This document shows positions 57,239 to 64,000 of a stretch of 64,000 bases of DNA, piece by piece; within the stretch, counting starts at the first letter, position 1; the number at the start of each line of letters is the position of its first letter. This stretch comes from a bacterium (GTDB lineage: Bacteria; Patescibacteriota; Minisyncoccia; Phycocordibacterales; UBA9973). A program made the position numbers and the translations under genes. Location of the stretch: contig JBAXXQ010000001.1 of NCBI GenBank assembly GCA_037127795.1, forward strand, positions 335,505-399,504, written 5' to 3'. The notes below the pieces were generated by a model, which saw only the letters and a program-made list of their open reading frames with translations, ran no database searches and had not been told where the DNA came from.

Positions 57239-57349
57239 TTATTGTTTCTGTTTATGTTTTGGATTTTCACAAATCACGAATAAATGGCGGTTGCGTTTTA
57301 CAACCTTGCATTTTGCACACATTTTTTTAACTGTTGCTCTGACTTTCAT
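57239..57349 (-). CDS. rpmJ: 50S ribosomal protein L36
   Basis: Minus-strand translation [36 protein letters not shown] with the C-x2-C-x12-C-x4-H zinc ribbon; under 60 aa so missing from the ORF track. Confidence 0.85.
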   Translation of the reverse strand: MKVRATVKKMCAKCKVVKRNRHLFVICENPKHKQKQ

Positions 57350-57371
57350 TGCGGTGGCAAGTATACACTAA

Positions 57372-57578
57372 TTATAATCTTCTGACAACTCTTCCTTTTC
57401 CACCGTATGGATCAAGCAACACTTCGACAGTATCGCCTACAATAACTTTTATGCGGTGTAATCTCATTTTTCCTGCTAAATATGCAACGAGGATATCGCC
57501 ATTTTCGAGCTCAACACGAAACATGGTGTTTGGTAGTGCTTCTTGGACGACTCCTTTTGCTATTTGCTGTTCTGACAT
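57372..57578 (-). CDS. infA: Translation initiation factor IF-1
   Basis: [33 protein letters not shown]1-like fold. Confidence 0.95.
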   Translation of the reverse strand: MSEQQIAKGVVQEALPNTMFRVELENGDILVAYLAGKMRLHRIKVIVGDTVEVLLDPYGGKGRVVRRL

Positions 57579-57610
57579 GAAGAACCCTGATTGTAATATA
57601 AGTGAGATTT

Positions 57611-58627
57611 TTAGTCAACTTTTACTAGTATTCGTTCTTTTTTTGTAGGAAAAGATGATGCCCAAAATGGGTACATTGAGAAAGATCCTGTATCAATTTC
57701 TTTATATTTTGCCAAAATACTATCAAAAGAACCGCGACGTACACCCACGAGAGAGCTTTGTATATCGCTCGGAAGTACTTTAGTAATAAGGGTTCCTTGG
57801 CCAGTGATAGAAATAGTAAATTCATTTGGGATAGTATTGGGATCTGCAGGTGGTGCAGAGATAGGTTTGATTTGAAGGTTCCCTATTTCCAAAATAGAAA
57901 CTTCTGGGTATGTAGTATCTCCACGAAGTACTACAGAGGCAATTGCCTGTTCAAGAATTTCTTTATTGATCAAATAACTCGTCATAGTCCCATGTGCAAC
58001 GACAGGAAATGCGACATCAGTACCAGTAAAATTGATACTATTTTTATCAAAAAAGAAAAATTGTAAATCTGGTGATAGTAAAAGATTGTCTGGAATTTGT
58101 GTGCGTGTTTCTCTTTTGAGACGTTCAAAAAGATCTGCATTGAGCATGTTTACAATACTATCTTTTTGATCATCAGGAAGTTGGTAGCTAAATACTTTTG
58201 CAGAGACCGGTACGATAGGTACTACAGTAGTAATAGTTTTTTTCTTACCTTTTACGATAATAGTTTTTTTGATTGTTTGTTGTGTGGGAGTTTTGTTGGT
58301 AAAAGGTGCTTGTGTGCCGATTACCTGGCGAGCTGATTGATCTACTACTTTGACGATTTGAAAAGGAATATCCCCTGCTTGAGCTTTTGATTCATGAACA
58401 AGAGTAAAACGCTCATCGGTAAGTGAAAATGGGATTTTGCGCTCAGTTATAGAGACGTGCGCGCGAGTATTTATAACTCCAATAAAGTATACGAGGACCA
58501 AAATAACCACTATCCCACCCCAAAAACTAATATATGACAATACTGATTTTTTTTGTGGGGCTATGTATTCCTCTACGTAGGAATCTTTTTTTGGATGTTT
58601 TTTTTGTAATATGTCGTAAAGCTTCAT
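57611..58627 (-). CDS. Membrane-anchored hypothetical protein (338 aa), translationally coupled to the upstream ASKHA ATPase
   Basis: N-terminal TM; 4-nt overlap with the 58624..59796 gene; no domain recognised. Confidence 0.45.
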   Translation of the reverse strand: MKLYDILQKKHPKKDSYVEEYIAPQKKSVLSYISFWGGIVVILVLVYFIGVINTRAHVSITERKIPFSLTDERFTLVHESKAQAGDIPFQIVKVVDQSARQVIGTQAPFTNKTPTQQTIKKTIIVKGKKKTITTVVPIVPVSAKVFSYQLPDDQKDSIVNMLNADLFERLKRETRTQIPDNLLLSPDLQFFFFDKNSINFTGTDVAFPVVAHGTMTSYLINKEILEQAIASVVLRGDTTYPEVSILEIGNLQIKPISAPPADPNTIPNEFTISITGQGTLITKVLPSDIQSSLVGVRRGSFDSILAKYKEIDTGSFSMYPFWASSFPTKKERILVKVD

Positions 58628-59796
58628 AGTATTGTACCGTGATGTAATTTACTAAATACTGTCACCAAAAGTCCTACAGGATCTGGTTTGGGATTGAGTG
58701 GACCAGTAGTCACTACATTGGTAAATAAATCTGGGGTAACAAAATGACAATTGAGCTTGGCTCCAGCACTATTGTGGCGAAGAAGTGGATGTCCGGTAAG
58801 TGTCGATTGAAAAAATACCGCAAAGCGTGAGTCGCAGAGGATCACACATTCAGATGGTGCAGAAAACCCAAAGAATCCATTGGCGAGTACTGTATCGAAC
58901 CCTCCAGACCATTCTTTTGCAAAACTGCGCAAAGATTCTTCAACGGTGAGACGTTTTTCATTATGAATAGCTCCGAGCTGATATCCATCGAGTAATGTAT
59001 TTGCTTGGCCGCGAGGTACACCGCTTTCGTGCATGATATGGAAAAGATTGTACATACCGACAGGAAAAGAGTGTTGGTATAAAAATGAATTGTTTTTGAT
59101 AAAGCCAATATCGGTAAGTTGCTCGCCTACATGGATCACCATAGCTGAGTCCTTGATGATTTTTTGCTCTTGCATCACTGTAGCGATCGCAAATGGTGTC
59201 GTAGTATACGATATACCTACTGAGCCATAAAAACGCCGTATAAGTGTATTGAAGCGCTCTATACAAGCCTTTGAGCTCTGGGTCACACAGAGATTGATAG
59301 TCATATGACTAGCTTTTTTATCAAATGGCGATTGTGTCACATAGCCATTGAGACTACATTGCGCAATTTGCTGCTCGATAACAATAAGCTCGTCTCCGGT
59401 AGTGTCTTTGGTAATCTTTTGTAATTCTTGTGCAACAAGAGAATGAAAAAGTTTTTGTGTACAAATAAATGGGGTCAATTCTTCATATGAAATAGTCCGC
59501 GCATGAGATACAAACCAAGGCGAAGATATCACGCATTGCACAGTATCTGGTTTGAGATTTGTTTTGTGTTGGAGGGACTGTAGTGTTGCGTCGAGATATT
59601 TGAGTGTCGTCTCTAAGAAATGTACTACATCAAAATGCTCTTTGAGTGGAATAGTGTTTCGAACAAATGCGACACTGATAGGAAGCTCATGAGATTGTGG
59701 ATCGAGCGGGATGAGAGATATACCGGCACCAACACTACTTGATCCAATATCAATGACGAGGACTGTTTTTGTTTTTTTCTTTGCGAATGAAAACAC
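58624..59796 (-). CDS. Actin-like ATPase (ASKHA superfamily; PilM/FtsA-like), GTG start
   Basis: KTVLVIDIGSSSVGAG phosphate-1 motif; length about 390 aa; first in-frame start is GTG. Confidence 0.45.
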   Translation of the reverse strand: MFSFAKKKTKTVLVIDIGSSSVGAGISLIPLDPQSHELPISVAFVRNTIPLKEHFDVVHFLETTLKYLDATLQSLQHKTNLKPDTVQCVISSPWFVSHARTISYEELTPFICTQKLFHSLVAQELQKITKDTTGDELIVIEQQIAQCSLNGYVTQSPFDKKASHMTINLCVTQSSKACIERFNTLIRRFYGSVGISYTTTPFAIATVMQEQKIIKDSAMVIHVGEQLTDIGFIKNNSFLYQHSFPVGMYNLFHIMHESGVPRGQANTLLDGYQLGAIHNEKRLTVEESLRSFAKEWSGGFDTVLANGFFGFSAPSECVILCDSRFAVFFQSTLTGHPLLRHNSAGAKLNCHFVTPDLFTNVVTTGPLNPKPDPVGLLVTVFSKLHHGTIL

Positions 59797-59828
59797 GATG
59801 CACTAAGTATACATCACTTATATAAAAT

Positions 59829-59862
59829 AAAAAAAGCCCAACTAATAAAGGTTGGGCTTTTA
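59829..59862. terminator. Terminator AAGCCCAAC-taataaag-GTTGGGCTT with A/T flanks
   Basis: Perfect 9-bp stem separating two minus-strand transcription units. Confidence 0.65.
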
Positions 59863-59870
59863 AAGATTTT

Positions 59871-60479
59871 TTACATGTAATGCCAAGGCATAATACCATG
59901 ATACGATTTGAGACCTTCAGGAGGATATATTTTACAATACTCTTCATATTGTATTCTTTGTTCTTCTCTTTTTATAGCCTCCTTCCTCTCTTTTTCTTTT
60001 TGATGATATTCAGCAATTACTCCTTTTTCTGAGCCTATTACATTAGCAAATATATGAAATAGTGCCATTGCTGTAAACAGGACAATATAGATAGGTATAA
60101 AACTTGCATCAGAGGTAAGTTTTAACATAGTAAGTATTGCTATACCTACTCTTACCCCCAAAGAACATACTATACAATAAATACTTCCTGGTATTATAGT
60201 TTCAAGTACTCCTATCCAAGCATTAGATGCTAAGCGTCCTGCCCATCGTCTATCGGTTACTGCATAGACAAAAGTATATGCAATTACACCCAAGAAAATA
60301 GTACCCAATACTAAATACATAACCAATCGAACAAAATCTTTTGGTTGTGGATTTTCTAAATAAAAGATTTGTTGTACGTGCTCTACATACTTAAGAGCAT
60401 TAATTGCCTTAAAACATAATACTGAAGCACTAAAAAGAATGAGGACTGGTATAGCCCTGCTGAAAAATAATTTAAACAT
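59871..60479 (-). CDS. Hypothetical polytopic membrane protein
   Basis: Five to six TM helices; basic/acidic C-terminal tail. Confidence 0.45.
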   Translation of the reverse strand: MFKLFFSRAIPVLILFSASVLCFKAINALKYVEHVQQIFYLENPQPKDFVRLVMYLVLGTIFLGVIAYTFVYAVTDRRWAGRLASNAWIGVLETIIPGSIYCIVCSLGVRVGIAILTMLKLTSDASFIPIYIVLFTAMALFHIFANVIGSEKGVIAEYHQKEKERKEAIKREEQRIQYEEYCKIYPPEGLKSYHGIMPWHYM

Positions 60480-60543
60480 AAGTAGTATTTTTTTAGTTAA
60501 AAAACTTTTTTAACATACTACTATACAGAGACCTTTTGTCAAT

Positions 60544-62292
60544 TTATTCGATAGTCGCTTTGATACGGCGGATGCCGGCTGCGACAGCTTCTTCTTTTTG
60601 GATTTTGAACTTCCCTATTTCTTTGGTATTGGATACATGAGGACCACCACAAAATTCTTTTGAAAATGGGGTGCGATTTTGATCTTCAATAAAGTACACC
60701 GATACTGTCTCGGGATATTTTGCACCAAATTCCATTTGTGCGCCGATAGATTCTGCTTCTGCAAGTGACATTTCGCGTTTTATTACAGAGAGCCCTGCTG
60801 CGATTTTTTCATTCACGAGATTTTCTACGGCAACTTTTTCTTCATCGGTAAGTTTTCTATCAAAATTAAAGTCGATACGAAGGCGCTCTTCGGTGATATT
60901 ACTTCCTCGTTGCTTGATACTTGGATCCACTATCTGCTGAAGTGCTGCAAGGAGAAGGTGGTGTGCGGTGTGGAGGCGTACTGTCTGCTCATTAGTATTT
61001 GCAAGTCCTCCTTTGAATTTTTGTTCAGCACCAGAGCGTGATGCGGCTTGGTGTGCAGCCATTTCTGTTTTAAATTTTTCTATATCAATAGTATGACCCG
61101 CTTCTTGAGCGAGCTCGACAGTAAGCTCTATTGGGAAACCATAGGTAGTAGCGAGAATAAATGGATCAGTACCTTTTGCAAATTCTTTCAAACCAGCTTC
61201 AAGTGTTTTGCGAAATTTTCCTTCTTCTTCAGTTATTTTTTCTGCTATAGGCGCATCGACAAGCTCTGGATAAGCGTCTTTGTATATAGTAATAAAATCA
61301 CCAATATGTTCTGCTATAAAATTTTCTGGCAATTCTATATGGCGAGCCTGCATCACTGCACGGCGAATAAGACGGCGCAAAATATAGCCTTGATCTTTGT
61401 TTGCAGGTGTTACTCCGTCTGCAATCATAAACATCGCACTGCGAGTATGGTCTGCAATAATACGCGCACTTCGTTGTGAGTATTTTTTTGCATTTATTTG
61501 TATCGCTTGCATGATAGGCGCAAACATATCTGCTTCATATACATTGTCTTTGCCTTGCACAATCATAGAAATACGTTCAAGTCCTGAGCCTGTATCTACA
61601 TTTTTTTGAGACAATTGTCCGACTACGGCGCCATCCTTTTTCTCAAACTGCATAAAGACATCATTCCAAATCTCTACCACTTGCCCCGCATCATCTGCTG
61701 CGACATATTCGTCATGGCTCATATCGCCAAGACCGTCTACGGTCACATCATAAAACATTTCTGTATCAGGACCACAAGGGCCGTTGTCCCCCGGTGACCA
61801 CCAGTTGTTTTTCTTTGGTAAAAAATAAATACGATGTTCAGGAATAAATTGTTTCCAGATTTCTACCGCTTCGAGATCGCGAGGCGCATCCTCATCTCCT
61901 TCAAATACTGTCACATACAGACGACTCGGATCGAGCCCAAGACCAAGCTCTTTTGAGGTAAGAAATTCGTAACTCCAAGAAATTGCTTCTTTTTTGAAAT
62001 AGTCGCCGAGTGACCAGTTTCCAAGCATTTCAAAAAACGTAAGATGGCGTGCATCTCCGACATCTTCTATATCGCCAGTACGAACACATTTTTGGCAACT
62101 TGCGAGACGATCCCCTAATGGGTGCTTTTCGCCCATAAGATACGGTACGAGTGGTTGCATACCTGCAGTATTAAAGAGTACTGAAGGATCGTTTTTGGGT
62201 ACTAAAGAAGCACTGGGCAAAATCGCATGTCCGTGTGATGCAAAAAAATCTAAGAATCGTTTTCGTATTTCTGTACTTGTCATGAATACCAC
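60544..62292 (-). CDS. alaS: Alanine--tRNA ligase, short form lacking the C-Ala domain
   Basis: Class II catalytic core (FNTAGMQ, WSPGDNGPCGPDTEMFYD) and editing-domain HxxxH...CGGPH motifs; 582 aa versus about 870 for the canonical enzyme. Confidence 0.9.
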   Translation of the reverse strand: MVFMTSTEIRKRFLDFFASHGHAILPSASLVPKNDPSVLFNTAGMQPLVPYLMGEKHPLGDRLASCQKCVRTGDIEDVGDARHLTFFEMLGNWSLGDYFKKEAISWSYEFLTSKELGLGLDPSRLYVTVFEGDEDAPRDLEAVEIWKQFIPEHRIYFLPKKNNWWSPGDNGPCGPDTEMFYDVTVDGLGDMSHDEYVAADDAGQVVEIWNDVFMQFEKKDGAVVGQLSQKNVDTGSGLERISMIVQGKDNVYEADMFAPIMQAIQINAKKYSQRSARIIADHTRSAMFMIADGVTPANKDQGYILRRLIRRAVMQARHIELPENFIAEHIGDFITIYKDAYPELVDAPIAEKITEEEGKFRKTLEAGLKEFAKGTDPFILATTYGFPIELTVELAQEAGHTIDIEKFKTEMAAHQAASRSGAEQKFKGGLANTNEQTVRLHTAHHLLLAALQQIVDPSIKQRGSNITEERLRIDFNFDRKLTDEEKVAVENLVNEKIAAGLSVIKREMSLAEAESIGAQMEFGAKYPETVSVYFIEDQNRTPFSKEFCGGPHVSNTKEIGKFKIQKEEAVAAGIRRIKATIE

Positions 62293-62346
62293 TGTACCAA
62301 AAAATTAGAAATAAAAAAAGCACCCATGTATGGCGCTTTTTTTGTA

Positions 62347-62811
62347 TTATTTTTCTTCTGGAAGAGCTTTGTTGTTCTTGCTCCCTATCTTTTCTACCCA
62401 CTCTTCGATAAACCAGAGCACTACAAATACAAACAATGTACTAATAGTTGCAAGTATTGCAACATAAAATAGTCCAAATCCGCATGCAATACCAATACCA
62501 GCAGAAACCCAGAGTCCACTTGCTGTAGTCATACCGATAGTACGATCATCTCTATGCAAAATCACTCCTGCACCAAGGAACCCAGCAGCAGAAATAATTT
62601 GCGCTGCCATGTGAAAGTCCAAAAAGCTTTGTGAAGTTGTTGTCATCAAAGAAATAATAATAAACAATGCAGAGCCCATAGAGATGAGTGCGTATGTGCG
62701 GACTCCTGCAGTCTTGTGTGCAACAAAACGCTCAGTACCAAGTGCTACACCCAAAAAGAGCGCAATAATAATTCGTAAGAACATTTCGTGTTGTGTCAGT
62801 GTGGTAATCAT
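62347..62811 (-). CDS. MgtC/SapB family membrane protein
   Basis: ALFLGVALGTERFVAHKTAGVRTYALISMGSALF MgtC signature. Confidence 0.8.
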   Translation of the reverse strand: MITTLTQHEMFLRIIIALFLGVALGTERFVAHKTAGVRTYALISMGSALFIIISLMTTTSQSFLDFHMAAQIISAAGFLGAGVILHRDDRTIGMTTASGLWVSAGIGIACGFGLFYVAILATISTLFVFVVLWFIEEWVEKIGSKNNKALPEEK

Positions 62812-62834
62812 GTACTAAGTATACAATATTTCTT

Positions 62835-63902
62835 TTATGATGCCATCACGAGTGTATCTATAATCCCGCCACCTATGAGTGTATCGCCATCGTACAAGAC
62901 CAAGGATTGTCCAAGCGGTATGACAGGCATAGCTTGTTTGAAATACACAGTATCCCCATCTAGTTGCACAAGATAGAGCTCTCCGTGATAGCGAATCTGC
63001 GCGGTATATATTTTTTCTGGATTACTATCAACAAAATAATTAGCTTCGCGAAGATTTACTCCTATCTGCTCTACGGAAGCCTGGCTTCCGTAAGCTGGAT
63101 CCTGTGAGACCGTAATAGTATTTTGCTCTATATCTTTTGCAATAACATAGTACGCGCCATCATGAGGAGTTTTTTTCTCTATAGTAAATCCGTGTCGTGT
63201 CCCTATAGTATAAAACCACACCCCAGTATGACTACCGATTTTTTCTCCGTGCTCATTTAATACGTCACCTAGTTTTTCTTCTATGTAGTGCAAAAGAAAA
63301 TCGTGCATATCTACTTCCCCCAAGAAGCAAATCCCTTGACTATCTTTTTTTGTATTTGTAAAAAGTCCTGCATGGCGAGCTATTTTGCGGACATCCTTTT
63401 TTTGTAAATCTCCAATAGGAAGAAAAATGTGTGACAATTCTTCTTTGGTAATCATCCATAAAAAGTATGACTGATCTTTTGAATCATCTACTCCTTTGTA
63501 TAAAAATTCGCCATCGGTGCGAGCGTAATGTCCTGTTGCAACAAAGTCTGCACCGTGCGCCTTGGTATATGCCCACATTGCGCCAAACTTGATAACACGA
63601 TTGCAGAGTACATCTGGGTTTGGGGTGCGACCAGCTTTGTACTCATTGATCATATATTCTGCGACACCTTTTTCGTACTCTTCGCTCGCATCAAGAAAAT
63701 GAAACGGGATATCAAGGTGTGCACAAACGCGCATCGCATCACGCTTTTCATCTACCCATGTACAAGGCAGCCAATCTGGCGCCCACGTCTTCACAAAGAT
63801 ACCTTGGACGTCGTATCCTTGTTTTTTGAGTATATATGCGACTACAGACGAGTCTACCCCGCCTGATACGCCCACAAAAACTGTTTCTTTTTTCTTTTCC
63901 AT
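62835..63902 (-). CDS. mnmA: tRNA-specific 2-thiouridylase MnmA
   Basis: PP-loop VFVGVSGGVDSSV; catalytic Cys; full-length MnmA. Confidence 0.95.
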   Translation of the reverse strand: MEKKKETVFVGVSGGVDSSVVAYILKKQGYDVQGIFVKTWAPDWLPCTWVDEKRDAMRVCAHLDIPFHFLDASEEYEKGVAEYMINEYKAGRTPNPDVLCNRVIKFGAMWAYTKAHGADFVATGHYARTDGEFLYKGVDDSKDQSYFLWMITKEELSHIFLPIGDLQKKDVRKIARHAGLFTNTKKDSQGICFLGEVDMHDFLLHYIEEKLGDVLNEHGEKIGSHTGVWFYTIGTRHGFTIEKKTPHDGAYYVIAKDIEQNTITVSQDPAYGSQASVEQIGVNLREANYFVDSNPEKIYTAQIRYHGELYLVQLDGDTVYFKQAMPVIPLGQSLVLYDGDTLIGGGIIDTLVMAS

Positions 63903-63904
63903 TA

Positions 63905-64000
63905 TTTCAAATTCAAAAGTTTTTTAAATACTTCGTATGTTGCATATGCGTCTGCAAAAGCACTGTGCGCATGTGGGTTTACGATATTGTATTTTTCACA
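63905..64000 (-). CDS. C-terminal fragment of a DnaQ-like 3'-5' exonuclease (runs off the window edge)
   Basis: Minus-strand translation ...NPHAHSAFADAYATYEVFKKLLNLK with Exo III H..(A/L)xDA motif. Confidence 0.5.

Noticed and set aside
1-64000. CRISPR arrays, integrases, transposases, IS elements
   Set aside because: No regularly spaced direct repeats with unique spacers. The only tandem repeats are intragenic (BNR-repeat protein). No recombinase or transposase motifs among the ORFs.

Overview
Dense, roughly 38% GC chromosomal segment that looks like a reduced-genome, CPR/Patescibacteria-like bacterium. All calls below come from reading the ORF track and the raw sequence; nothing was run. 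Genes sit tightly on both strands, almost none has a Shine-Dalgarno sequence, and many -10 boxes lie only about 9-10 nt from the ATG. Intergenic regions are mostly short palindromic bidirectional terminators. Standard genetic code (long housekeeping ORFs are intact).

Content is mainly housekeeping:
- Translation and ribosome genes: engB, an rluB-like pseudouridine synthase, tgt, obg, gatB, prfA (RF1, PVT motif), rsmI, rplY, rpmE2, rplI, rpmA, lysS, a short alaS, mnmA, and a conserved ribosomal block infA-rpmJ-rpsM-rpsK-rpsD-rpoA-rplQ fused directly to rplM-rpsI.
- Carbon core: gap, fba (class II), rpiB, rpe, a split transketolase and a PfkB kinase.
- Heat-shock locus: grpE, a divergent PaaX-like wHTH regulator, a DUF975-like membrane protein, dnaK, a small ORF and dnaJ. 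There is no hrcA and no CIRCE element; instead an AU-rich palindrome lies in the dnaK 5' UTR.
- Two tRNAs: tRNA-Ala(UGC) on the minus strand and tRNA-Ile(GAU) on the plus strand, the latter with a strong promoter and a structured leader.
- No CRISPR array, no integrase or transposase.

Most notable unexplained signals:
- An about 300-nt ORF-free, promoter- and terminator-bounded locus upstream of grpE, a candidate ncRNA that does not look like RNase P, tmRNA or SRP RNA.
- The dnaK leader hairpin together with the divergent regulator.
- Three self-contained tiny K/R-rich peptide genes, each with its own promoter or terminator.
- A nested inverted repeat in a 5' UTR at 30155-30202.
- A bacterial SET-domain protein.
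- A surface protein of BNR/Asp-box repeats plus FN3 that carries perfect DNA-level tandem repeats.
- A two-gene actin-like ATPase plus membrane-anchored protein pair sitting where secY-adk-map normally precede infA.
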